Source: Oligoflexia bacterium (GTDB lineage Bacteria; Bdellovibrionota; Bdellovibrionia; JABDDW01). From it: a stretch of 64,000 nt of DNA. The stretch spans positions 62,816 to 126,815 of the forward strand of contig JAYTHU010000062.1 of the NCBI GenBank assembly GCA_043732305.1, in the 5' to 3' direction. The notes under the pieces are model-generated. The model saw only the letters and a list, made by a program, of their open reading frames with translations, made no database searches and was not told where the DNA came from. Both the position numbers and the translations under genes were made by a program. Shown here in pieces: positions 40,605 through 50,389 of the stretch. Numbering within the stretch: the first letter of the stretch is position 1; each line of letters opens with the position of its first letter.

Positions 40605-41225
40605 ATGTTGACGCAGAAGATCCTATCCGTGACACAAGGCGGTTCAGACGCCATCCTCTATTTCATGATTTTTCTTTCGATATGCTCTCTAGCTGTCATC
40701 ATCGAACGCTTCATTTATCTGCGCGGAGTCACAGCCATCAGCAAAAAAGTCATTGCTCGTGCTCAAGAGGCATTGAAAGCCAATGACCTTAAAGTTTTGG
40801 AAGACCTCAGCAAAAATCATGACTCGCTTGAAGGACGAATGCTCAACATTGCTTTGAGACATCGCGAAACCAAAGGCAAAGAAGGCATGGAAGAAGTTAT
40901 GGAGGGCTATCTGCTGATGGAAAAACCATTGCTGGAAAAAAATCTCGGATTTTTAAACACCTTAGGAAACAACGCGCCATTTATTGGTTTGTTAGGAACA
41001 GTGTTAGGCGTTGTGCGTGCGTTTTCCGATTTAGCTGGCAGCCAGGGTAACCCAGCGATTGTCATGCAAGGAATTTCTGAAGCACTTGTTGCTACCGCAG
41101 TTGGATTGTTTGTCGCGATCCCCGCAGTCGCTTCATACAACTATTTTATCAAACAAGTGAAATCCACAATGGCAAGTGCTGAAAGCATCAAACGTCTTTG
41201 CATTGCCTACGCACAATCAAAATAA
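40605..41225 (+). CDS. exbB: MotA/TolQ/ExbB proton channel protein
   Basis: APFIGLLGTV.G, GISEALVATAVGLFVAIPA. Confidence 0.9.
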   Translation: MLTQKILSVTQGGSDAILYFMIFLSICSLAVIIERFIYLRGVTAISKKVIARAQEALKANDLKVLEDLSKNHDSLEGRMLNIALRHRETKGKEGMEEVMEGYLLMEKPLLEKNLGFLNTLGNNAPFIGLLGTVLGVVRAFSDLAGSQGNPAIVMQGISEALVATAVGLFVAIPAVASYNYFIKQVKSTMASAESIKRLCIAYAQSK

Positions 41226-41243
41226 GTAGAAGAGGAGTCAATC

Positions 41244-41651
41244 ATGGCCACCGGCTCACAAAATAATGATGATGAACCAATCACTGGGATAAACGTCACA
41301 CCACTGGTTGACGTGTGCTTAGTTTTGCTGATTGTGTTTATGGTCACCACCCCCATGATCATGAAACCCTCAATCAACGTGAATTTGCCTAAAGCATCTA
41401 GCTCCGATCAAAGTGCCGCCGGAGAACTCACCATCACCATTTCAAAAACCGGTGAGCTCTTCGCGAATGGTAAAAAAGTTTTAGAAATCGAATTGAAAGA
41501 TATGGCCGCTGCGTTGGTAGCAAAAAATCCTGAAGTCCAAGCCATGATCTCCGCCGATAAAGACACACCCCACGGCACCGTCATCGGTGTCATTGACGTC
41601 ATTAAAGGCGTTGGGGTTAAGAAATTTGCCATCAATATCGAAAAGAAATAA
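41244..41651 (+). CDS. exbD: ExbD/TolR family protein
   Basis: INVTPLVDVCLVLLIVFMVT, VNLP.A, ISADK. Confidence 0.9.
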   Translation: MATGSQNNDDEPITGINVTPLVDVCLVLLIVFMVTTPMIMKPSINVNLPKASSSDQSAAGELTITISKTGELFANGKKVLEIELKDMAAALVAKNPEVQAMISADKDTPHGTVIGVIDVIKGVGVKKFAINIEKK

Positions 41652-41656
41652 TTCTC

Positions 41657-43240
41657 TTATTTAGGGATTAGAACTGGGATTATGGATGGTGCATCTAGAT
41701 CATCCAGCTCGCGCGTGCCACTCATGTTTCTCATCGTGCCTTCGGCAGAACTCCGGATGTAAACGGCATCCACCACGCGAGGAACCCCATTCTCGACGTT
41801 AGTGATGATTCGAAATTCGTAAGTGCGACGACGTCCATCGGCTAAAATCAAGGGCTGCTCTTGCATAAAAGGTTGGTAAACCCAATCGAGAGGATTTTTT
41901 TCTACCTGGATTTTAAGATCCGACCACGTGAGAGAATTTTTGGTTTTTCCATCATACAATGCCCGCCCAATATAAACTCCAGAACCTTGTCCGCTATCAC
42001 GTCGAGATTTTATAACTGTGCCCGCTTGATCCGCAAAAACTCTATTTATGAATTTTTGAGTGGCGTGTGGAGAATCTTGTAAAATATTTGAGTACAGATT
42101 TTTTAACTGGGATTGCTTACCCAAGTACAATTTTTCAGACATGGAAATGGCGGCAGCGATGGCTTTGTCTGTGAAAACTTCAATGCCCTGAGGATTATTC
42201 TGACGCCAATTTCTAAATCCACCATTGAGCCAATTTCCCCAAAATCCAGGAAGCATGTGAGATTGTTCGAAAGGATCGCTCTTAATCATTTCCGAAACCC
42301 GCTCATAAACTGGAGACAGAGGATCAAGAGGTTCGGTGTAATATTCGAGCCATAAATCTTTGATGGGCATACCCTGGAAATAATATTTTTTCTCCAAATA
42401 ATTATACTTCAGGTCTTTCTTATTCCATGGACCTGCGATTAATATTCCGCGCTTGTTCAACCATTCTTGCAAATGACTTGAGCTGCCAGGTTCAAATGCC
42501 GGATCTTGTTCAGTGTAAAGAAGAGATCTGCCACCGCGAATTTTTGCATTTCGCGAATGAAGTTCCATTCGTTTAAATAAACCATCACGAGCATCTAGAA
42601 AATCTGATTTTAGATTACTCTCAGGCCAGGCGTCTTCAAGAGCCTGACTCACCTGTGCCATTCTAAAATTTCCGCCGATAGATCCAGAATCAGCTTCTAA
42701 AATTGAAAAACCTTTAGAGCCATCCGCATTGTCCGTAAGAATAATGTCCATGGCGAGAGTGAAATCAAAAGGATTTTTCTTAGCCGCTTCTGTGCCCACG
42801 ATCTCATGTGCAAACATGGGGCTCGATTCTAAGATCGGTTTAAACGATGGATACTTTTGTAGAAACAATGGCGATTTACTTTGGTAAATATCTTTCAGAA
42901 ATTTATTCGCCGCTAGCGCTCTTTGAGCGGCAGCTGATTTCAAGAGCTCCCAGACGGCTTTGTCCATAATGACAGGCAAAGGCTCCACAGCAAATCCAGA
43001 TTCCGCTTTTAACTTTGCTCGAATAACCTTCATTTCACTGGGACTTGTTTTTTCAAATTGCTCTCTAAGTCGATTGTATGAAGGAAACTGGTTATGGTGA
43101 GAAGTGTAGAATACGGAGCCGTGAATTTGATCAAGGCTAGCCAACTCTTCCAAAGTGAAAGCACAAGGAGTAATCGGATTTTTCGAAGACCACGCCAGGC
43201 AGGAGTATACGGTCAGCAGAAGCAATATTAAATTTTTCAT
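41657..43240 (-). CDS. Circularly permuted ATP-grasp (amidoligase)-like protein with N-terminal signal peptide
   Basis: AAQRALAANKFLKDIY, DIIL...FSILEAD, NNPQG.EVFTDKAI...YLG, VIK...SGQGSGVYIG, NPLDWVYQP, EFR follow the CP_ATPgrasp motif order. Confidence 0.65.
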   Translation of the reverse strand: MKNLILLLLTVYSCLAWSSKNPITPCAFTLEELASLDQIHGSVFYTSHHNQFPSYNRLREQFEKTSPSEMKVIRAKLKAESGFAVEPLPVIMDKAVWELLKSAAAQRALAANKFLKDIYQSKSPLFLQKYPSFKPILESSPMFAHEIVGTEAAKKNPFDFTLAMDIILTDNADGSKGFSILEADSGSIGGNFRMAQVSQALEDAWPESNLKSDFLDARDGLFKRMELHSRNAKIRGGRSLLYTEQDPAFEPGSSSHLQEWLNKRGILIAGPWNKKDLKYNYLEKKYYFQGMPIKDLWLEYYTEPLDPLSPVYERVSEMIKSDPFEQSHMLPGFWGNWLNGGFRNWRQNNPQGIEVFTDKAIAAAISMSEKLYLGKQSQLKNLYSNILQDSPHATQKFINRVFADQAGTVIKSRRDSGQGSGVYIGRALYDGKTKNSLTWSDLKIQVEKNPLDWVYQPFMQEQPLILADGRRRTYEFRIITNVENGVPRVVDAVYIRSSAEGTMRNMSGTRELDDLDAPSIIPVLIPK

Positions 43241-43327
43241 AAGGATCTTCTTCTAACAGAACTCATCAGAAATTTCGACAAAGTTCGTAAGCAAACCGCC
43301 TATGAGTAGAAGTTACCTATGTGGTTG

Positions 43328-43356
43328 CAGACATCAAGGGGTGGATGAAATTTGCA
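43328..43356 (+). repeat. 29-bp direct repeat, copy 1 (28/29 identical to 46552..46580)
   Basis: cagacatcaaggggtggatgaaatttgca. Confidence 0.9.
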
Positions 43357-43756
43357 AGATGATCTTTTAAACGAAGTAAAATCGGAAAAATTGCAAAAGC
43401 TGCATTTGAGGCAGATGGGTTCTCTAAAGTCGCGGTGAAAGTTATGAACATCAATGACAATTCTTCTAAAACTAAATTAGATTTAATAAAAGCTCTTAAG
43501 GAGAATGAAAAGTCTTCTGGAAATTTCATACTCGCTAACTTCAATCAACAAGCTTTTACAGATGACGCAGATGTCGGGACCTTGCCCCAATTGGTGTCTA
43601 TGATTCAAAGAACGAGAGAGTACTGGTTTTAGACCCTGATCGCCAATCCGTAAGCCTTACTGGATTTCGCTGGATACCTTCTTTTCCGGAATGAATTCAA
43701 CTGACAAAGATTAGGGGTTAAATAGTGGGTATATTTGGATCAAGACTGAAAATTAA
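43354..43756 (+). pseudogene. Phytochelatin synthase family (papain-like) remnant, 5'-truncated and frameshifted
   Basis: Across frames: FILANFNQQAFTDDADVG/(H)LAPIGVYDSKNERVLVLDPDRQ/PYWISLDTFFSGMNSTDKD*GLNSGYIWIK; catalytic-Cys region missing. Confidence 0.75.
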
Positions 43757-44747
43757 TTCGGATATTTTCTAGAATCTGCGTCTTGAATCTAATCTCATCT
43801 AACGAGATAAACGGATCAGATTTTTTTAGAATGGCGAAAGCAAAGTTCTGAAACTCCAATTGAAATTGTTCCATCGAATTACCATTTGAACTCACGGGAG
43901 TAATCTTAGCGTTGCTATCTTCATCGATTTGAATTGTCACAGCAGGGGCTCCCTCTTCAGAAACTCCTTGTGGATCAAACCTTAGAACACCCACAGATCC
44001 TTTTGTTCCTCTAATTTCCCATAAATTCGAGCTTACTGTACTTACAGAAGCATCAAGCATGGCAAAAATGCCATCCGGGTATTCAAGAACGGCAGTAAAT
44101 TTTTCGTCAACGGCCTCTAGATCTTTCGAATTTAAATTAGCGTGCGAAGTGATTTGCGGCAGATCTTTTGTGCCTAATATTAATGTCGCAAAGTCTATTA
44201 GATAGGAGCCGAGGTCATTGAGGGCCCCACCACCTCCCGACCTCAGACCTCGCTTTCTGCCTTGAGTTCCCAACAAAAAGGAAAAAGAAAGTTGCAAAGA
44301 CTTTATCTCACCGATACTCCCGGAAGAAATATGATCTTGAAGAAACTTTATGTGGGGATGAAAACGGTACATAAAACCTTCAAGCAAAACGAGATTTTTA
44401 CTCAAGGCTAGTGCCGTGATTTCTGAAGCCTCAATAGCGGTAAGCACTATCGGTTTCTCGCAAAGAACATGTTTATTTGCCATCAGAGATTTTTTGATCA
44501 AAGCAAAGTGATCCGAGCTCAAAACGGAAATATAAACCGCATCTATATCCGCTTGATTTAAGGCATGATCGTAAGAGGCATAAGCCTTAGTTAGCCCTTG
44601 CTCTCGTGAGAATTCTTTAGCTCGATCTAAGCTTGAAGCAGCCACTCCAACGACTTCTATTTCACTCACGGCATTTATATAAGGTAAAACCCTTGCAGCA
44701 ATTCGACTTGCACCAAGCAACGCCAATCTAATTTTTTTATCATTCAT
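43740..44747 (-). CDS. Gfo/Idh/MocA family oxidoreductase
   Basis: LGASRIA, DAVYI, KHVLCEKP, EGFMYRFHP, GGGALNDLGSY. Confidence 0.92.
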   Translation of the reverse strand: MNDKKIRLALLGASRIAARVLPYINAVSEIEVVGVAASSLDRAKEFSREQGLTKAYASYDHALNQADIDAVYISVLSSDHFALIKKSLMANKHVLCEKPIVLTAIEASEITALALSKNLVLLEGFMYRFHPHIKFLQDHISSGSIGEIKSLQLSFSFLLGTQGRKRGLRSGGGGALNDLGSYLIDFATLILGTKDLPQITSHANLNSKDLEAVDEKFTAVLEYPDGIFAMLDASVSTVSSNLWEIRGTKGSVGVLRFDPQGVSEEGAPAVTIQIDEDSNAKITPVSSNGNSMEQFQLEFQNFAFAILKKSDPFISLDEIRFKTQILENIRINFQS

Positions 44748-46478
44748 ATGGGGATCTCCAAACTTATGATGGTGCCCTTCGCAGCCCCATCGGTACTTGA
44801 TAAAATTGTTACTTTCAATTTTTCATGCTCTGCCCAACTGAAAAGAGAGGAAATGCCAATGCCGTTCCCACTTTCTTTTGTCGTTACAGAGATACCACTT
44901 TTTATTTTTTCTAATATTCTTTCTGGTATGCCTGTTCCAAAATCTTAAACGGAAAGCAAGCACGTTGAACCTTTTCGCTTTAAAGCAATTTGTATTGGCG
45001 CTTCATCTGGCGAAGCCTCAATCGCATTATTGATCAAATTTGTACGGTTCGGCCTAAGCCATTAACGTACAAGGCTGGCAACTCAGAGTCTCGCTCAAAC
45101 ATTATTTTTCTAAGAGGATATGCTAACTGAGCGAGCTGAATTGATCTTTCTAAAGACAAATCAAGGAGTTCAAGGCCCACAACCCGCTTTCGCTCTGCAA
45201 GTAAGTCATTTGAAAGCGTTTGGATAACCCCAGATGTCATTTCTAAAATATTTATTATTTTAGTTAACTTAGGCTTTGTCGACTTCTCGGTATTAGCAAC
45301 TTCAGCCAAAAGAAATTTGGCAACACTCAAAGCCGCAATCGGAGACTTAATATCATGAGCCAATTTCGAGGATAAGTTTAATGCGCGATCACGCTCAGTT
45401 TTTAGTCCTTCATAAATCAGCTGATATTGATTTGAGATTACGGAGATTTCTTTAGGCAGTCCCCATCTCGAAGCTGTAATTTTTAAATTTTCATTCGCCT
45501 CAAGAGTGAGAGCAATCTCACTAAGTCTTGCAGTTAATATGTTTGCTCCACAGGTTGAAGCGCCAAAAATTCCAACTGCTACCAAAAGTGTACTAGATAC
45601 GGCACTAGCTCCATGGATCTGATCAATAAGTAAAGTAAGTGAAACCCACAAAGCAATCAGGCTCGCCATAATAAATCCTATTGTAAACCCTTTTATACTT
45701 CCAAGCGGCAGAGTCAACCCAAGCTCAGTTTTCCAAAAAGTTGCCGGCGAGTATCCAGGACGATTTTGAATTAGCTTATTTGCGAGAAGAGCCGATGTCG
45801 CCATCAAAGCCAGTCCAAAACACCACCCGTTTTCAAAAAAAGTCATTCCCAGTAACTTAATATCCACACTTTGAGATCGGATGGCGATATCTGAAATGTG
45901 AGTAATTATGATGCCAAAAAGTGCAATCTGGATAACCCTGCTTACAGACAAAACCAATAGTACTGCTGATAAACTCACAATATAACTTTCCACAAACGTA
46001 AAGACAACTGTCAGAACTTTCATAGGCAAACCAAGTGCTGGCAATTTCAAAAATAGAGCAGGGTAAATAATAAGATAAGAGTTTAAAGTCAAAAAGGAAA
46101 CCCAACAACGCTGAAGATTAAGAACGCGTGTTTAGATGAAATCTGTAACAAATATCGAGTCATGAATGCGGCAACAATAGTCATTGAAACAAGATACGGG
46201 AAAACATAAGTCAGAGAACCGATCTGATTGGGAAAATTAAGTTTGTAAGCATAGTTTGATAACCCATAACAAAGATCACCGCCGCCAATTCCAATTGGAA
46301 CAAGCAAAAGAAGTTTGTACTTTTGCGGTATTATTTTGATCATAGTTAAAGTTGTTTGAATAATAATCAGAATTTCAAAGCCCGTAATTATGACCCCGGG
46401 GAGTACCCATTTCCCTCCTCCCCAAAACTCGAGAATTGATCCAAGCGCAAACAATATTAGAGGAAATATCACCCTCAT
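44744..46478 (-). pseudogene. Membrane sensor histidine kinase, two frameshifts plus one nonsense codon
   Basis: H-box LAHDIKSP; 1-nt losses at ~46093 and ~45039 restore ...VQNLINNAIEAS...; TAA at 44945-44947 before DFGTGI...TTKESGNGIGI...GT. Confidence 0.85.
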
Positions 46479-46927
46479 TGGCGAGCTAGAGAAAGGCGCA
46501 TCCAGTGCCATTCAGCGTAGAAGAGGACAGCGCAAGAAATAAGATAAAGTCCAGACATCAAGGGGTGGATGAAACTTGCAGAGATTCCGAAGATCATCAC
46601 TTCGCCGAGAGGGCGTACATCGAAAAGTCTCCAGACCCAGAATGCAAATTCGATCAGTAATAGATCACCGAAAAATATTTTAATGGGCCGGGCGTAAGGA
46701 CGAGAAATACTCAATCGAAGTGCACGCATTGCGGTCAGAGAAAAAAGTCCGCCAGCTAAAAAAGCTGCTTGTCGACGATCTGCGAGATTTCTAAAAAACA
46801 AGGGAGCGGCCACACCAGCAGAGTAGTAAATCAAAAGATTGAGAACCATGGACAAAAAGACAAAGAATTTTGTCGTTGGTGTTGATCTTCCTGGAGTGAA
46901 TTTAAATACTCTTCTTACTCTCTGCAT
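46475..46927 (-). CDS. Hypothetical membrane protein
   Basis: About four hydrophobic segments; starts 1 bp after the lipB stop. Confidence 0.6.
   Translation of the reverse strand: MQRVRRVFKFTPGRSTPTTKFFVFLSMVLNLLIYYSAGVAAPLFFRNLADRRQAAFLAGGLFSLTAMRALRLSISRPYARPIKIFFGDLLLIEFAFWVWRLFDVRPLGEVMIFGISASFIHPLMSGLYLISCAVLFYAEWHWMRLSLARQ
46552..46580 (+). repeat. 29-bp direct repeat, copy 2 (inside the membrane protein gene)
   Basis: cagacatcaaggggtggatgaaacttgca. Confidence 0.9.
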
Positions 46928-46928
46928 T

Positions 46929-47555
46929 TTATATTTCCTCTTCCAAAACTTCAGCCAGGCGCAAGCGCACTCGGTGCATGAGATTTTCTCCGGTAAGTTT
47001 CCAGGTTTTCCAGTACTCAGGAGTAATTTCTTTTTCCATTGAAGTCATGACGCTGGCTTCATAACCGCAGGGTTTGAGATTTTTGTACAAATCTAAATCT
47101 GGGGATACATTTAAAGAGAGTCCATGAAACGACATCTCATTCTTTACAGCAATACCGAGACTTGCGATCTTTCGCCGCCCTTCACCCACCCACACGCCCG
47201 CCTCTTTACCGTTTGTGGTAGCGGTGATTCTGAAATCGGCGAGCAGTTCAATGATTACTTTTTCCAAAAATCGCAACCATTGAACTTGATCGTAGCCTCG
47301 AAGTTTTAAATTCACGATGGGGTAAACCACAATTTGCCCTGGCATATGGAGAGTCGACTTGCCACCGCGCTCAACATCCAAATGTGGAATTGTGGAAGAG
47401 AGAATATCTGACACCGCATCGCGGGCACGCCCCACTGAGATGACGGAAGGATGTTCGCAGACAAAAATCCTTTCCATCTGCGCACTGACCTGAGCTTTTT
47501 GCATTTCAAGCGCTAAGCTATAATCAATAAGGCCAAGATCAATAATCTCCAACAT
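46929..47555 (-). CDS. lipB: Lipoyl(octanoyl) transferase
   Basis: CEHPSV, RGGKSTLHMPGQIVVYPI, KIASLG, HGLSLN, PCG. Confidence 0.93.
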   Translation of the reverse strand: MLEIIDLGLIDYSLALEMQKAQVSAQMERIFVCEHPSVISVGRARDAVSDILSSTIPHLDVERGGKSTLHMPGQIVVYPIVNLKLRGYDQVQWLRFLEKVIIELLADFRITATTNGKEAGVWVGEGRRKIASLGIAVKNEMSFHGLSLNVSPDLDLYKNLKPCGYEASVMTSMEKEITPEYWKTWKLTGENLMHRVRLRLAEVLEEEI

Positions 47556-47567
47556 CTTTATGCCTTA

Positions 47568-49001
47568 TTATGCATTCGCTCTGGGCACGCGCTCACGCTC
47601 AGGTCTCACAAAAATATGAATCGCTTGTCCTTGAGCGGCTTCGGCGGCTTCCATCATCATCTCTGGCAATGTTGGATGGGGATGAATGGTGTTCGCAATG
47701 TCAGTTAAAGTAGCGCCCATCTCAATTGCTAGAGCCGCTTCAGAAATCAGATTGCTCGCTTCATAACCAACAATATGCACACCCAAGACAACTTGGTTTT
47801 TCTTGTTTGCGATAATTTTAATGAAGCCTTCTGTGTCCTGCATTGAAAGTGCGCGGCCATTGGCAGCGTAAGGAAATTGGCCAGTGGTGGTTTCAAATCC
47901 CGCTTTTACCGCTTCATCTGCAGTCATACCAACGCTAGCAATTTCTGGGTCAGTGAAAATAACGGCAGGAATAACTTTGTTATCAAAAACAACGTTATGT
48001 CCGGCAATGACTTCCGCCGCAATGATTCCTTCGCGGCTTGCTTTGTGCGCCAACATTGGCTGTCCTGCGACGTCACCAATTGCAAAAATATGCGGAATGC
48101 TGGTGCGCATTTGCTTGTCGACCAAAATGATTCCGCGTGGATCCATCTTGAGTCCCAATTTCGTCAATCCAGGTTGATCACTATTTGGTTTTCTTCCAAC
48201 GGTCACAAGAATTTTATCGCAAGCGATAGATTCTTTACCTTTTTCTGTTTGGATTTCGACTTGCAGTTCTTTGCCTGATTTTTTATATCCAAGAGCTTTT
48301 GCCCCAGTGATAACTTTAATTCCTTTTTTCTTGAGCTTACGTGCCACCACGTTCACGCAGTCAGCGTCTACAACTCCGGATAAGAGTGCAGAGCCGGCCT
48401 CCAAAATAATAACTTCAGCTCCAAATTTTGCGAGATAACTTCCAATCTCAAGTCCAATGTATCCTCCACCCACCACGCAAAGGCGTTTGGGCATTTCGGC
48501 AAAATCAAGAGCTTCGGTGCTGGAAAGAACATTTATTTTATCAAATGCAAATCCAGGAATTTCAATGGGCCTAGAACCGGTAGCAATAATAAAATTAGTT
48601 GCTTTGATTGTTTCAGTTGAGCCCTTGCTCTTCACTTGAAGTTCCGTTGGCGAAGTGAAGCTGGCTTCACCTTCCATGGATTCAATGCCATTCATTTTGA
48701 AAAGTTGAGCGACGCCGCCAGTGAGTTTATTCACCACGGTCATCTTCCACTCTTGAAGTTTGGGCATGTCAACCTTCACACCGGAGTAAGTGATCCCGAT
48801 GCTATCAGCCGATTTCATTTTGTCATAATTGGCCGCAGCAGTGATCATCGCTTTTGAGGGGATACATCCGACGTTTAAACAAACGCCTCCAACTTTATCC
48901 CGTTCGATCACTACAACTTTTTTGCCAAGCTGAGCAGCTTTGATCGCCGCCACATATCCACCAGGTCCGGCACCAATAACACAAACATCAAATTGTTTCA
49001 T
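47568..49001 (-). CDS. lpdA: Dihydrolipoyl dehydrogenase (E3)
   Basis: GAGPGGY, GGVCLNVGCIPSK, GGGYIGLE, MLAHKA, HPHPTLPE. Confidence 0.97.
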   Translation of the reverse strand: MKQFDVCVIGAGPGGYVAAIKAAQLGKKVVVIERDKVGGVCLNVGCIPSKAMITAAANYDKMKSADSIGITYSGVKVDMPKLQEWKMTVVNKLTGGVAQLFKMNGIESMEGEASFTSPTELQVKSKGSTETIKATNFIIATGSRPIEIPGFAFDKINVLSSTEALDFAEMPKRLCVVGGGYIGLEIGSYLAKFGAEVIILEAGSALLSGVVDADCVNVVARKLKKKGIKVITGAKALGYKKSGKELQVEIQTEKGKESIACDKILVTVGRKPNSDQPGLTKLGLKMDPRGIILVDKQMRTSIPHIFAIGDVAGQPMLAHKASREGIIAAEVIAGHNVVFDNKVIPAVIFTDPEIASVGMTADEAVKAGFETTTGQFPYAANGRALSMQDTEGFIKIIANKKNQVVLGVHIVGYEASNLISEAALAIEMGATLTDIANTIHPHPTLPEMMMEAAEAAQGQAIHIFVRPERERVPRANA

Positions 49002-49018
49002 CAAGACTCACTTTCGTT

Positions 49019-50389
49019 TTAAATCATTTCCATGACAAGAGATTGTGGATTGGAAATGCGAGTTTTGAGTTTCTTCAAAAAGCGCGCAGCTTCTGCCCCA
49101 TCGATCACGCGATGATCACAAGTTGCGGTGATGTTCATCATGTCGCGAATCACAATTTGATCATTGATCACAACGGGCCTTTTTACGATTTCATAAATGC
49201 CAATGATCGCCACTTCGGGTGGATTGATAATTGGAGTGGCTGACAATCCACCGATGCTTCCAATGTTAGTGATAGTGATTGTTCCATTTCTCATGTCATC
49301 AGGAGCAAGTTTTCCCGCACGTGCTTTTTCTGCGAGCGTGACTATCTCTTTCGCCAATTGCAAAATATTTTTTGTTTCAACGTTTTTAATATTTGGAACA
49401 AGCAATCCATCAGCGGTGTCTGCAGCAAAGCCGACGTTGTAATATTTCTTTTGAACCAATTCATGAGTGGCATCATCGAGCATGCTGTTGAAAGCAGGAA
49501 ACTCGCGCATGGTCGTGACCATCGCTTTCATAATGAAAGGAAGGTACGTGAGCTTGACTCCATATTGAGCGGCTTCATCTTTCATAGACGCGCGCCACTT
49601 CACGAGTTCGGTCACATCCACTTCATCCATGTGAGTGAAATGCGGAATGGTGAGTTTTGATTTTACTAAATTTTCGGCAATCTTTTTTCGAATGCCACGG
49701 AATGGTGTTCTGATTTCTGTTTGATCTCCAGCGACTCCGCCATAAGTTGGCAAAGGTTTGAGAGGACCTTTATTAACAGCGGGTGCAGTCACGGGAGTTG
49801 CGGGTGCAGAGTAAGCAGATCTAGCCACCGATGGAGGTCCATCAGAAACTGCGCCAACACCAGTGCCAGCAACTTTCATGACATCGTCACGAGTGACTCT
49901 GCCAGCAGGACCAGAACCAGGAAGACTATTGATGTCGACTCCGGCTTCACGCGCATATCGGCGAGTGCTTGGAGTGGCGAGAACATCCGCGCCCGCAACG
50001 GGAGGGGAAATTTGTGAGGCTGCTTGCTGAGGTGCGGCCGGCTGAGGTGCGGCCTGAACGGGAGCTTGCGTTTTTATTTCCGCCGCACTAGTGGATTTTA
50101 CTGGAGCTGCTGCTGTTTTAGTTTCTGGCTTAGCAGCTGACTGAGAGTCCGCAGCGCCGTCAAGTGAAAGTAAAACTTGGCCTACTTTGACCATGTCACC
50201 TTCTTTTGCAACAAGCTTTGTTACTTTTCCAGTCGCAGGGCTTGGAATTTCCACAGTGGCTTTATCGGTCATCATTTCAACCAAGGGTTGATCGTGCGTG
50301 ACAGTGTCACCCACTTTTACCAACCATCGAACAAGTTCACCTTCGTTAACACCCTCGCCCATTTCGGGGAGTTTAAAATCAGTTGCCAT
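49019..50389 (-). CDS. Dihydrolipoamide acyltransferase (E2), one lipoyl domain
   Basis: MTDKAT lipoyl Lys, PSBD ATPSTRRYARE...GSGPAGRVT, DHRVIDG. Confidence 0.95.
   Translation of the reverse strand: MATDFKLPEMGEGVNEGELVRWLVKVGDTVTHDQPLVEMMTDKATVEIPSPATGKVTKLVAKEGDMVKVGQVLLSLDGAADSQSAAKPETKTAAAPVKSTSAAEIKTQAPVQAAPQPAAPQQAASQISPPVAGADVLATPSTRRYAREAGVDINSLPGSGPAGRVTRDDVMKVAGTGVGAVSDGPPSVARSAYSAPATPVTAPAVNKGPLKPLPTYGGVAGDQTEIRTPFRGIRKKIAENLVKSKLTIPHFTHMDEVDVTELVKWRASMKDEAAQYGVKLTYLPFIMKAMVTTMREFPAFNSMLDDATHELVQKKYYNVGFAADTADGLLVPNIKNVETKNILQLAKEIVTLAEKARAGKLAPDDMRNGTITITNIGSIGGLSATPIINPPEVAIIGIYEIVKRPVVINDQIVIRDMMNITATCDHRVIDGAEAARFLKKLKTRISNPQSLVMEMI

Noticed and set aside
43328..46580. 29-bp repeat pair as a CRISPR repeat or DGR template/variable repeat
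   Set aside because: Only two copies 3.2 kb apart; no spacers, cas genes or reverse transcriptase in the window.
50026..50054. Tandem 14-bp repeat gctgaggtgcggcc
   Set aside because: Encodes the Ala/Pro/Gln linker of E2; ordinary.
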